64,000 nt of DNA, taken from the human T2T-CHM13v2.0 reference genome, Homo sapiens. The notes beneath the pieces are model-generated. The model did no database searches. It saw only the letters and a list, made by a program, of their open reading frames with translations, and had not been told where the DNA came from. The number at the start of each line of letters is the position of its first letter. Position 1 is the first letter of the stretch. Both the position numbers and the translations under genes were made by a program. This document shows, in pieces, positions 28,681-42,560 of the stretch. Location of the stretch: NCBI RefSeq assembly GCF_009914755.1, contig NC_060936.1. One strand, given 5' to 3'.

Positions 28681-31600
28681 TAAATGTATTTGAGAGGATA
28701 CAGTGCAAAAATAGAAGTATCTGATACCAAGGATTCTCTATCCTGATGTAGAAACATCATTTTGTGTCTATGATGGCAGAAGAGAAGAATATAATAAATA
28801 TTTTGACACCAGTATTTCCTAATGGAATTAAATGATGTAGTAGTACAGCTAGAAATATAAACCAGATTCTTTCCCCATTTTAATATCAGGCTAGAGTTTC
28901 CTGTTCCAAGTTTCTGAATCATGGCTTTTTAATATTCCTCATGTACCTCTTTTTTCAAGTATAATAGCATATTGTTTCATTATATCTTGCTTATGACCTC
29001 CTTGTATAGCTTATTCACTTCAATATTTATTGAACTACATTATGCATCAAGTACCATATCAGATGTCAGGGGTACAAAGGATACATAAGACATTGTTGCT
29101 GCTCTGAGCCACATGGCTACAGTTTTACTTGGAAACTACATGTCCACATTCATCACTTCTATCTATTGGCTTTTCTGTAGACCAAAAAAAGAAAATAAAA
29201 GAGAGAGAGAGTAAAAATTAATATCTAATAGAAAGAGAGGATAAAACCAAAGGGAATCAGTATTCCTCAGGGAAGATTAGCAGTCTAAAATTTTACCTGA
29301 GTGCACCTCTATTTTATCTATAGATAATTTTAATTCAATATGCCTTATATCTATATATTTGATAAATAAATCTAAAATGCACACAATAAATATTTTTGTA
29401 GCAATATTTATCTAAGCCAGTGGAATAAATATATTTGGTTTGAAATAAGAAAACACCCTTCAAACACAAAGAGAGTTTGTGCAGCTTTCAATGAATCAGG
29501 GGAACCTCTTTTGGGGAGAAGCAGGAATCAAGAGAATTCTCACATTTACAGAATTTTTCTGCACTCTAATAGAATGAACACTGTATTAGTCCCCCAGTAT
29601 TTTCTATGGAAGAGAAATAAGGATTTGCATTTGTGAAAAAAAAAATTTCTTATGCTGATAAATCCTGTTTTCTCTTTATGTATGTAAGACTCTAATTTAA
29701 AACTAAAAGAAAAAACATTTAGTCAGCAAGGAACAGTTAGATGTATGTCATTACAGTACTTAGATATTAACTACAGCTAGGAGAATTAATTCTTGTTAAG
29801 ATCAGCAAAGTGAAACTAAACAAATACAGCCTGTCAACTGACTAACTCTTCAGGGAACAAATATCTACTAGCTGGTAAATGTTATCTGGGATTATCAAAG
29901 CCATTGTCAAGAAAATGTGAACTTGTGGCTTCTTATGTCTGGAGGGATCATGAAATGTGTGCAGATTTGGAAAGAGAAAATAATTAGTTTGATGCTTTTT
30001 CTAAGATTTGGCTTCAGATACTATAACTATTATAAGGTATAAATTAATGATCAATCTGAATATTAATGATCATAAGGAAGTTCAAATAAATTAGAAGACA
30101 AATAAATAACAAAGTTAAAATAATTAATAATTAATTTTACTATAGCTGTTCTCTCTCAATGATATAGGTAATTGCATTCACAAAAATACAGCAATCTAAG
30201 TAAATTTAGAAATGCTTAATGTCTTAAAACATTGAATTGCAAGAATAATGCTTAAATATATTATTAATACAATAAATAGCATATTTCAATCCAATGTCTT
30301 TTCTTTGTTCTCATGAAAAAATGTTCAGTTACAGAAATCAGAAACTGTAGTTGTGTGTCTACTATATTGGGAGAATATAGAAAGTATAAGATATTTATGT
30401 GGACAAAGGCATGTGATCCAAAATTATGCTAAAATTCAAATTGGAAATTGGAGACAAAGAATGAAGAATATTGTGTGTGCATGTGTATATTGTTGTTCTA
30501 ATTCTTAGTTTACATTGGTTATATTTCAACTTAATATTCATTCAGTATAAGCCATGCCCTGTGTTAAGTTCTATACATAATAGAGTAATGATTACAACAT
30601 AGTTTCTTGGCCATAAGTAGCTTACAATCTAGTAATGGTATAAGGAAGTACATAATTATATACATGTGAAAAACAAGATGAGCATCTTAAAATGGAATAA
30701 ACTTCTGTCAGGGACAGTTAGGAAAAGCTTCATGGTGAATGTGATGACGAAGAACTTGGATTATATGGTAGGAAACATTATATTACTTATATAAGCTTAT
30801 ATATAACTTTCAGCAAAGCACAGTGTTAAAAAACACAATATGGATATGTAGATGTCCTTTCAGTATGAGCAACATGAAATAATGTCTTTATTGCAGGGAG
30901 GAGAAAATGCTTCTGTTCTTCCACCACCCTCAAATTCTGCTGACCTTGCAAATTCCCATGGAAAGAGACAATGTCAATCTAACTAATCAGAATCTGAAAT
31001 ACTGCGATTGCTCCCCAGTAGAATGCAAGGTACACAAAAGGCAAGGATTCAGTTGGCTTTATGTATGTGTCTACATCCTATGATAGTGTCTAGTATATAA
31101 TAGGTACTTTACAAATGTGTGCTGAATGAATAAAAAAGCACTAAAAATGGTGGTTATCACTTGTTACAAAGTAGTTGTTTTCCTCTATCAGAATGTGTGT
31201 TTTTTGAAGATAGGAACTACCTCTCACTAACTATTAGAAACACATAGTTATTCTGGGCACTGTTTAATGTTTTAGAATGAATGGATGCCAGAAAAAATAT
31301 TAATGAACAGCCCTACACTCTATATGAAAAGGGAAAATGTCTTGGCATTTCAGATAACATCAATATAAGTGAACAAGCTATCAACCATTTAAAGGAAGTC
31401 AAATAGGTTTTGACCTTTTCAATTACATCCATCCTTTAACTCAAAGGCATTATTAGCACTTAAATTACAGTGTTTGTGTAAACAAATTTCAGTTCAACTA
31501 GTCATCTTCCGGAGGAAACAAAATGTGTCCAGTGTAAGTTGATCTAATTATGAAGTAGAAAATCAGAATTTGTCACAAAGGAGAAGGTGATGATGCCAAC

Positions 31601-32830
31601 ATATCGTTTGCCAGTCTGATCAGGAAAAGGAACACAAAACACAGAAATAAATTGCACTTTCATATGTTTATATGGGAAAGGAAAAACTCCAAAGAGAAAA
31701 TCTCTGAGCAACACAAAAGGAATTTCACCTCTGCCACTTGCAGGGTAAAACAAAACATTTTGAATAATGTGTTTCCCCAGATTTGTAGCAAGGATGACTC
31801 TGGAAATTTGACCTTTAACAGATGACTACTTCAAACACTCCCTTTTTTTTTTTTTACTTTTTTCCTAATTTACGTGCCAAACGGGAAAAGTAATTTCCAT
31901 TATATTATGAACAGTTCATCCCCTCCCTCACTGCATTTTCTCAGGGTCAACACAATCATCAGCAGTAATGGATGCCTACTATAGTTGAGGTGGTAGAAAA
32001 GCCGAGTCAAATTGAAATAAAACCCTGACGAAAAATTTATGCCTCGAGTTTTAATATCATCGATGGTCTGGTAATCAGACATAATGTGTTAGAAATCTGT
32101 GGAGATTATAAATCAGATTTTTCTGACTAATAGAAACTTTCTAAAACATTCCCTTTAGCAAATTATTTTCTTAAGAAGTGGCAGAGATGATATTTTGCAC
32201 ATATTTGAAAAGAGAACTTTTCTGGAGCAAAGCAATTTTTAAGCTAAAAGAGATAACTTATCCTTAGGCAAGATCCATTAAAATTATTTTGATTCTTTTT
32301 ATGAATTCTCAATATACTTGGGGTAGAGCAAAACCCCTACTTATTATATTTGTGTACCTAACCAGTGGGTTACCTTCTGCCTTTCTAATCATCTGCCTAT
32401 CTAACTACCCACGTAACATAAACAAAGGATTGGCTTATTGTAAGGCAGAGGGTTTAATTAATCAAATAATCTAATTCTGGAAATCAAGTATGTACAACAA
32501 TCATCACAATCTAAATGTTAATAAATAATGTCTTTATATTACTAAGTAGAACTGAGGAACCTCAGAACCTATGTATTTGAATTCCTCTGAACATATAAGT
32601 GATATACAGGGTATTTATTCCTCTTTCATTTAAAATTATCTTAGATGTACCCAGTTAATATAGAGTATAGAATTCTAACATTCATTTTGGTAATATAATA
32701 ATAGTATGATGCATTTGTATAGAAATTTATTGTTGACAATGAATATGCTCATAATTATATTATTTAATACCAAGTAACAGCCTTCTAACAAAGACAAATG
32801 TCATTAGACATTATAAAATCAAAGCTTAAA

Positions 32831-33124
32831 GGGGTGAAGTGTGGCTCATGCTTGTAATTCCAGCACTTTGGGAGGCCAAGGCGGGGTGATCACTTGAGGT
32901 CAGGAGTTTGAGATCAGCCTGGCCAAAATGGCAAAACCCCATTTCTACTAAAGATACAAAAAAAATTATCTGGGCATGGTGGCAAGCGCCTGGAATCCCA
33001 GCTACTCAGAAGGCTGAGGCAAGAAAATCACTTGAACCCGGGAGGCCGAGTGAGCCGAGGTAGCGCCACCGTACTCCAGCCTGGGCGACAGAGCGAGACT
33101 CTCTTCCAAAAAAGAAAAAAAAAA
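32831..33124 (+). mobile_element. Alu (AluS, Sz-like) with a small internal deletion, inserted in a MIR relic
   Basis: Dimeric Alu; ggaggccgagtgagcc lacks gttgcag; flanks read aaagctt...ggttaagtaactt (MIR core). Confidence 0.92.
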
Positions 33125-33389
33125 GGAGGGGGGCGGGTTGGGGGGTTAAGTAACTTACTAAAGATTTCCAGTTTCAGCAAGATGGTCCCATTTTGATTAT
33201 TTATGTGTATGGAAAAATTTTAAAGTTAAAAATCCAACACTTATTTAACAAATAAATATTAGCTTGTTATCTATTCTTACTTTGGTGATTGGCTAAGATA
33301 ACATTCACAAAAGAGTTCAAGAAATTTTTTTTCTCAAATACATTGACATAAAATATATTACCAACTACTTCAAATGTGGTCAGATTTGG

Positions 33390-33590
33390 AAGGAAAAACA
33401 GTGTAACAGAGTACTTGAGAACGCAAGATCTGATGCCAGTGTGTTTTGGTTTAAACCCTAACTTGGTCATTCACTCTCTGTCCTTAGACTATTTATTCTC
33501 TCTCACCTTCAGTAATTTTTCAGATAAATATGGGGAAAATGAACCTAACTCGGAGGGTTATGCTGTGGTTGAATGAAATAAAACATGAAC
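33390..33590 (+). mobile_element. MIR fragment
   Basis: Decayed MIR (...ggtttaaaccctaact..., ggagggttatgctgtggttgaatgaaataa). Confidence 0.5.
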
Positions 33591-35599
33591 AGATTGAGAA
33601 GGGAGCCGAATACAAGTGTCCCACCTACACATTGCCTATTTGTTTATTAATGCATCAACAAGGAATGCCAAATAAAGAGTTGCCCTCAGCCACTCTGGTA
33701 TTGAATCAATGAGTATGTGTGTACATGTTAATGTGTGTGTCAAGGAGAAAAACAAATAATTGGCAGCTGGATAAGAGGAGAAAATAAATTTCACAAGTTT
33801 GAAGGTGAGGATTTGACTGGGAATGTCACCACTTGCTAACACAGAACACCTATATCTGGAGTCTGTGAAATGCTCTTTGATGTTACGTGGAGAGAAAAAC
33901 ACTCCCTGATCCCATACAGCAGTCAGTAAATGGCATTTCCTATAACATTATAGGTAAAATTTTAATAATTTGTAGAATCAACAGCTGTAATTTGCCAGCA
34001 GTGGTGAAAAGATTCAATGAGGCAGGTAATCGCTGAGGCAGTCTCTAGGTTATTCTGTTTTAGATTTTTTTAACTTAGATTTATTCTGTTGTATCATATG
34101 TAGTGTTACGAATTTTGCATGACTACTGCCCTTGTGGTGCAATGTGAATTAAATGGGTTTTAGAAAGGAAAGTGGTATTTTGCAGGAAACAGTTTTCTTC
34201 ATAAGCAGCTTATATGCAAGTCTGTTTTCAAAGAGGTAAATTCATATGATGAAGTATTGGTGCTTACTCAGTAAGCAACTAGGAATTTGGAAGCAAGCCA
34301 AGGGGCCAGTACTTAACACATTTAAATCAAAACCAATATTATAGGCTAGCAGACACTTTGATGCTAATGACACATTACATTATTCTTCAGATCTTTATTA
34401 CAAGGACTCCGAAGGTGCAGCCTTTGATAGGTGACAGCCTTGCTGGGTTTCAAGGAGTAGAAACTTTGATTCCTCTGAGTTACTAGGTTTCACAGTTGTA
34501 GCAGGTTGGACTTGATATTTTGTTGGTGAATTCCAGGACAATTTCTTTCTGCTACAACTACAAAGTGGGGTGAATTAAGCATGCTTGTTAATAGCAAAGC
34601 AGAGGAACACAATTTCACTTATGGTTTTTTTTCTTTTGAATTTGATTAGGAATTCCCTTTCTAAATAGGTATGATATGAGCATTTAAAAAATTTCATAAT
34701 TTAAAGAAAAACTCATGAAAATAACTATTTTTTGAGCTGAATTATCCTCTATGTTTCCTTGTGAAATAAAATTGCAGTAAGTATATGTATACATTCATTT
34801 TACAGCATTTCTTCTTATCAAAATCAGTTAAAGACAGCTCAGCTCTGTTTGTTTTATTCTATTATGACTTGAAAAGTTTGTGATTTATTTTCTATTATAT
34901 ACAAGCTTATAATATGTATTATGTAATGGATTAATTAAATGTTCTTATATAGAACTGGATATTTTATTCTCAAGTGATATTTGATATTAATTTATTTTAT
35001 GTTTTTCAAATAATGTATGCTATCATAGTAGCAATAGTAATAACAATAAAAAGGCATGAAAATGGGCCAGGATGAACATTTCTTATTTAGTACACACAGT
35101 TCAGATTGAAAAAGCCATCTGGTTTAGTTTTTTGTAAAAAACATGTATGTGTTTCCCTAAAGATGAATTCCAGAGAACATCTGATAATAAGATATTTAAA
35201 TTGAATTATTTGAAATAGTGATAGAACATTATCTTAGACTAATGTAGAGCCAGCATTTGGGGAAAAAATTACAAGTAAAGAAAACAAAGGATTTGAATTG
35301 ATTTTTATAAAATGATAGGTAACTGAAGATTAATATACTCAGTCCTTTATGTCATGTGGATATTTATTGAAGAATGACTGTATGCCTAACATTGCACTTT
35401 GTATGCACACTTGAGAGAAACTCTCCATCAAGTATGAATCTCTGTGCTGAGTCAGCATGCTGCTGTGGTTTGAGTATCATTCTAAATGCAAAATAGGTAC
35501 CAATCTGTGTCTGGTAAACAGTGTATGCAAGCATAAGTCCTGGTTTGCACTGACAGTTCTTGGGTACGTAGTCAGAAATCTTGACAACTCATACATCAG

Positions 35600-36860
35600 T
35601 GCAAAGCTCTTGGCCGACACTGGTTGTCCTCTCTACTTAATAACCTCTCTTTTTTCCCTTCACATTAGTTGCTTGAGTTTTGTCTCCCCTAATTTACTCT
35701 AATTCATTCCTAAAACCTTTCTAATTTGTATTCTTCTCACACTACCCCACTGCAACTGCTATTCCCAAGGTCACCAATGACCTCCTTTTTGCTAAAACCA
35801 ATCAACATTTCTCAGTTTTTGTTTTTGTTTTTTTCCCACACATGAACTGGTACTTCATCTGACACCACTGCCTCCTTCCATCTTCCTGAAATAAATGTTT
35901 AAATTCTTATTACGTCTCTTTTAGTGTTTTGTCTCCTTACTTGGGCTCTCTTGCTTCATTCTGTCTCTTCTTAAATGTTGATATTTTTAAAAGACCTGTG
36001 CTTAGCCTTTTATTTTTTTCTTTTACTTATAAAACAAACAAAACCTCTCTTATTCCATTGCTGGGTTAGTTCATACATCTTCATAGGTTTATTTATATTT
36101 GTATGGCTCCCAGGGCAGCTTTTTCCCATGAACTCCGGGTCTATAGATTCGGCAGCATAATGAATATTCTTTTGACTCCACTTGCTCAGATTCATCTACT
36201 CTTCTTCTTCCCCATGCTATCACCTCTGTTTAGGTCACATCATCTCTTTCCTCAATGAATTTTAACATACACTTCACTGATATATCTGTTTTAAGATTAT
36301 CTAGCTTCAGTCCATCAATAATCAAAAGGGATTTTTTATAAAATATAAATGTATTCATGTCACTATTCTAATAAAGCTAAAACTCTCCAGTGACTTCCTC
36401 CTTCAAACAGATTACAACATAAACTACATACTAAGGCGTTACAAGATTTATTTTGTAATAGTTCCTCTCCTTCCCTCCACCCCCTTGTTTCAGCCTCTGT
36501 CACTTAACTCAATGCTATTGTCATACTGACTTTTTTCAGGTTGATATGGAATATAAATTGTTCTCTCTATCTCTGAGTGTTTGTATATGCTGTCTGAAAT
36601 GCCATATCATTGTACTTGGCTAATTCTGTTCATTGTTTTAGATCTATTCTCAGAAAGTACTCTTCTTGGAGTATTTTCTCCACACACTGAAGACTAGTTT
36701 AAGCACCTTTCCTGTGAATCTCATAATACCTAGCTCCTGAGTAGATACTTGCTTCCTTCATTAAAGCGTGATTCTGGAAGGCCAGTACTGAGTCTTACTT
36801 ATTGTTATTGTCCTTAGAGTTTAGCATAGTGATTGGAATAAAGTTGGTGTTAAATAAATA
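35600..36860 (+). mobile_element. L2 fragments
   Basis: caaggtcaccaatgacctcctttttgctaaaaccaat, aaaactctccagtgacttcc, ttagcatagtgattgga...taaataaata. Confidence 0.65.
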
Positions 36861-37069
36861 TCTATGGTGTGATTTCAAAACCACTACTACCAACTACTCC
36901 AAAAACCTAAGAAGCAAGTCTACATAACAGAAGGTCAGCATATTTTAAGATATACTCTTGGATTAACATAGCATTATGTCACAGCTGTATACAAAAATCT
37001 GTATTTTTTTCTTTGCAGCAGACTGAAAGGTCTAATTTATGGCCATTTAAAATGTGAGCACAGATATCC

Positions 37070-37480
37070 TACTGACATCACAGAAATACATGGTTCATGT
37101 GTCACTGAAAGTACATATGTTTTCAATGAAAGTACAAGAAAATAAGGAAAGGTACAGTCTAATATAACAATTCAAAGGTAGAGCGTTTTCAGGGTTGGTT
37201 GATGTAGCGTCTGTACAAAACTATCAGAGGCCTGGATTCTTTTCAGCACTCAGCCCTCCCATACTAATTATCTTGGTTCTCTGGCTACTTACAGTTGGTA
37301 AGATATTTGTAGCAGCTCCGCAAAAGATATTGCATTTCTGTGTCTTTATTTTAGGAAAAAGAATTTTCATCATTTCCACCCTTATCCCAGCAGGTTTCTG
37401 CCTATACATTATAAGCAAAAATCAGGTCTCAGTTTTATTTCTAGCAAGGAAGATGGGCTTATAACTATTGTCCTAAATTA
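37070..37480 (-). mobile_element. Old MLT1 (J/K/L-type) LTR relic
   Basis: cagggttggttgat...ggattctttt...aagatatttgtagcagctcc; highly decayed. Confidence 0.4.
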
Positions 37481-40400
37481 ATAAAGGGAGAAGTATAAAT
37501 GGATGACAAGAAGTTAAACATCATTGCTAATACAAAACCAAGTGCCAAAAAGTTGCCACTATTTAGGGTCTGAATCCAATGCCAACACATAGAATGCTTC
37601 TTTATTAAGCCCATATGTGAATATCATGGATGGAAACAGTGAACAGGTAGTTCTTACATGGTCAGTTAAAATAGTATAATTGCAAGCAGATATAGTTACT
37701 AAATAATTAAAGGACCATCTCAAGTTCAACTAGAAAAAACACAAAAGTTGATTCTAGAGGTAACAGAAATAATTTAATATGAGCAAAATATTCTGCAGCC
37801 ATGAGACTAAAAAGCAGAGTTATCTAATGTGATTATCTTGGTAAACAGGTCCTAAAGATGATTTCAAAAAACATTAGCCAAATTTGTATACCTGGTAAAG
37901 GCTTTATCTTGAACAAGAAAAATGTATCGTATGTCCCGTTAGCTCAGCCTTTAATATATGATATATAAATATATGTTAATATTTATATATATATATGTGT
38001 ATTCCATCTCTAATTACATATATTTAGTGAGGAAAGGTGGGGGAGAGAGAGAGAAGCAAGAATGTGGATATACAGTTTAATATAAACATAATAAGGATAT
38101 AGAAAACACACACACACCACACATACACACAAACACACACATACAAATGAACAAAATGGCAATCTATCTACTTAATAAAACAGTGTGAATAAAAGTTCCG
38201 GATATAGATAACCTACTTATAAGTTGTTTCCTAGCTCTATTATTCACTAGCAGTGTGACTTTCCTAAATAATCCTACGTTTTCTTATCAATAAAATTGTG
38301 ATAGTTTGCAATTTAGGATTGTTGGGCAATTAAAGGGGAAAATGTGTAAGTGTTCAACACAGTACCGAGCATGCTTTAAACATCACTTGAATATTAGCTA
38401 TAATAAAATAAAAATTATTATTTACAATATTAGACATACAATACAGCCATAATAAAATTATAAGCAAGATCTTATTCATAAAACTTTTTAAAATTGTCTA
38501 TTAAAATCTTTTATTTAATCAGGCTCAAAGAGCAGACCAAAACCATTGCTTCTATAGGTTCAATTTCTTTCCTTTATTCATATCTCTATGGAAATTAAGC
38601 AGAGAGATAATGTCATACAGATGAATATTAGGAGATAAATTTGTGTTGCTGTAAGTTCTTTGAAGCTCACAGTCTACTTGCAATAAAGTTTTCTGAAAAT
38701 GTGAATCACAGATACGACATTAGGGACGATAGAAAACAAGAGACCAACAAGAAAACATGAAAAAGTGACACAGTGTAATTAACTGTAACAGTTAATTCAT
38801 AGATAATTTTATCTTGCGATCTTGAAGGAAAATAATAACTAAAGTCTACCCAAATTTTCTTCGTTCATAATCTGTGGTCTTGGCCTCTTGCACAAATAAG
38901 CATAAAATATCCACACTGGGGTTGTAGAGTCATTTGAAATACATGGCATTATTTTTGAAAAATTTGGATAGACTTTAGTTATCATTTACTGTGAAGTCAA
39001 TACATAGCCATCAATAAGTATAATAAGTGAGTTTGTTTAGTCATTTCCCTTTACTTTTTGATAACCTGTGTGAACCTAAAATAAAATTAGGAAGTCAAAA
39101 AAAATGCATTAGTGGCTTTTGTTCTCCAGTGGAGTCACTATTAAGGGGTATGTAAATCCTTCATGTTAGAGTAGACAAAGCTCATCTTCTGTCAGTACAT
39201 TGCATAGTCAAGTAATACAAAAGACTGAACACGTGGAAGATGCTTTGAGCTCTTTGCAAAGAATAATCCATGATAAAAATAATTTACTTGTCTTGCATGT
39301 TACCATATTTTATTTTAATCATTTTCATAATTTTCTTATACTATCTGATGTTTTCTAATACAATCATCAAGTTTACAAAATCATAAAAAAATCATTACAG
39401 TACAAATGTAGGCACATGCATTATCAGTCATAAGGTTTATTTGAATTCAGCTTACATGGTTTCAGGGTTAGCAGTTACAAAGCTGTTAGCTGAAGGGGAA
39501 GCTCTAATGTACTGGAAAACTTGGACAACACAGATATAGCTTCATAGTAGATCTAAATTTGTATTGTATGCCATCTTCAAATTGTTGAGCCTTTTTACTC
39601 AATAATCAATATTTCATCCAGCACAATAATAAAATATAGAATTATTTATGGTTATAATTAAGATGTACTTTTTCAGTCACAAGAGAATGAAAAAGTTACT
39701 GGAGAGGTGATGTGATTTAATGAAAAGGCCATTGAATAAGCAGCTAAGGCTCTCAAATGAGACAATGAATGTGAAAGCCTTTGAAGAAAGATAAAGTATT
39801 ATGCAAACTCATAGTATTAATATTAAAAGCCTAAAGTGTTCATTTCTAGTAGACCTCATGGGTTTTTTGGCTGTCTATCAGAATCACATTAAAAAGTATT
39901 CTATAAAAACAGTAATATTTGGTACCATATGAAAATCTAAGACTCATGTTTTAACATCAAACTTGGAATTTTCTCCTTTTATGATATTAAAGGGTGACCC
40001 TTAAGATCCGTTCTGCAAAAAATATTTTAACTTTTTTTTTATAGTGGCATTCGGCGAGTGTTCTTGTCTTTTACTTTTAGGAAATGTGTAATAGCAACTG
40101 CATTATTAAAACTAGGTATATTCCAAAAAGGTTGTCAGAGACCATGACACACTTGGATTCAATCTCAGTGGAGTAACTGCAAGTAATTGTCCCAAAGTCA
40201 TCACTTTTGGATGTCTCAATGAATCTGGCTTTGATAACATGAAAATTTTTATTTAGGAAAGCTCGTGGAGGAAGGAACATGACTACTTTTGCTGTAAAAT
40301 GCCAAATTACACAGAAATTTAATTTAAGGTTTAAATTAAATTTAAGAAAGCCTTAAATTAATTTAAGAAGCCACAGCCATCTCTCTCTCTCTCTCTGTCT

Positions 40401-40818
40401 ACTTCAGCTGACGCATAAATGTGTTTCAAAGAAGCATGCTTTACAATTAAAATTAATATCAATTAAAATTAATATGTATTCATTTCATATCCTTTCAGAT
40501 ATCTTTTCCAAGTGAAGTTCAAAAATCTTCATAAAACAATCCCATTAATCCTTGGAGCATTCTTATGTGGAAAGTAGGAAGAGAAATGTTATTCATCCTT
40601 TTATAAAGTTTGAAAAATAAAGTATAAAGGATTTTAGGTAAGCTATAACAATTAAGTCAGTGGGAGATCCAGACATACAACAAAGGTTTTATAATTCTTT
40701 TTCTTTTACTTTACTCTAATAATGGCATTTTTAATGCTTTTACTTTTCTTTATTGATTAAAAGATCTTATCCCTCTCTTCTCAGTGGAACATGTGCTCCT
40801 GGAAGAAAGGAGACATAA

Positions 40819-41038
40819 AAGGGGAATATCACACTCTGGGGACTGTGGTGGGGTCGGGGGAGGGGGGAGGGATAGCATTGGGAGATATACCTAATGCTAG
40901 ATGACACGTTAGTGGGTGCAGCGCACCAGCATGGCACATGTATACATATGTAACTAACCTGCACAATGTGCACACGTACCCTAAAACTTAGAGTATAATA
41001 AAAAAAAAAAATAAAAAATAAAATAAAATAAAATAAAA
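40819..41038 (+). mobile_element. L1HS pre-Ta (ACG/G) 3' end, heavily 5'-truncated
   Basis: Near-consensus L1HS 3'UTR; diagnostic ACG at 40906-40908 (gatgacACGttagtggg) and G at 40991 (aacttaGagtataat); A/(TAAAA)n tail. Confidence 0.92.
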
Positions 41039-41449
41039 TTATATCTCTAATGCCTATTCTAATGTGCAGAAAGCAATTAATAAATATATTTGAAATTGAA
41101 TTAAATCAAATGTGCTTTGTTTTTCATTTCAAAAGCACACACACACACATACACACACATATATATGATATATATCATATATATATATGTGTATTTTGTT
41201 TTTATTCAAACATCGCAAAAGAGTTACACAGTGAAAAGCAGGTATCTCTCCTCTCTAGATATATATGCCCTGATCCAGAGGCAAATGTCTATCACTTTTT
41301 TATATCCAATCTATCTTTCTATATAATTTAATGTAAATTAATGAACATGTGTGTCTTTGTGTTTCTATTTATTTTTGAACAACTGGGAGCAAAATGAATA
41401 TACTGTTCTACATTTGTGGGTTTTTAACAACAATATTTATTGGATAACT

Positions 41450-42560
41450 TTTAAAATAAACTCTTCATTTGGAAATAATTTTAAATTTACCACAAAGTAG
41501 CAAAAATTAAAAAAAATGAGGAACATTCATCTACTTTTAACCAAAATTCAGATTCTGCTCTTATGAATATTTTATGTTATTGTTTAATCATTTGTTTAAT
41601 CCTTTTATTTGTCCCTCCAGCCCCTCCCCTGACTCTCTTTCCAAAATCATTTGAGGGAAGTTGCATACATCATGGTCTTTTACTCCTAAATATTTGTATT
41701 TTTATTGCCTAGAATAACTCTTTCATCTTATATTACCACATTAAAATTATCAACATATTTAATATTGATATGATAATTTTAAATAATACATGGCTGCATA
41801 TCAACGTTGCCTGTTGAAATGTTTGCCTTTTCACCCCTTCAGTATGGGACCAAGTCTAGAATTAGGTGTTGCATTTAGTTATTTCTTTTGAGCTTTTTTT
41901 AACCTGAATTATATCAGAGCCTTTCTTTGTCTTTAATGTCATGGATAATTTTGAAGAATACAATCTCCCCACTCTCACAGAATATTCCTCACCTTCAGTT
42001 TGTCTGACGTTCATGATTAGTTTTAAATTATGCATTCCAGGCAAAAAAATAATACACAGGTGATTTTGTTATCTGGGAAACAAATCTGGGGGTACATAAT
42101 ATCCATCTGTCCCTCACTGATAATGTTAATTTAAAAAATGCAATTAACTATTTTCTGGTTTTCCACAGTAATGATTATTTTTGTTCTTCCTTGAAACTAA
42201 TAGGAAGTCCTTGGAAAGTCACTTTATGACTATACATGTATCATGCCCCACAATAAAATTAGTCCCTGGATTTAGCATCCATTGGTGATTCTTTTCTCAT
42301 CCCATCTTTACTACTACGGAAGCAAAACGACAATTTTCCAAGTATCTCTCCCTCTAACATTTCCAACTGGCTGTCTGAATTCTAATGTAAAAAAGGATCA
42401 TCTCTTTTCCCCTAATTACTAACTCTTTATTATTATTACGGGCTCATAAATTTTATTTTGTTTCATAGCTTATAATTTGATACCTCATTATTTTGTTTGA
42501 TAGCTTGTAATTCATTACTGCTCCAAATTGTTTGGGTTCTGACATTTTTGTAGATTGGGT
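41450..42560 (-). mobile_element. L1MC-type 3' fragment
   Basis: ggaaataattttaaatttac...catttgagggaagttgcatacatcatggtcttttactcctaaata. Confidence 0.65.

Noticed and set aside
30788-30803. 16-bp palindrome tatataagcttatata
   Set aside because: Low-complexity AT sequence, expected by chance.
33125-33146. G-rich tract after an Alu tail as a G-quadruplex
   Set aside because: Only three runs of three or more G plus one GG; not a canonical G4.
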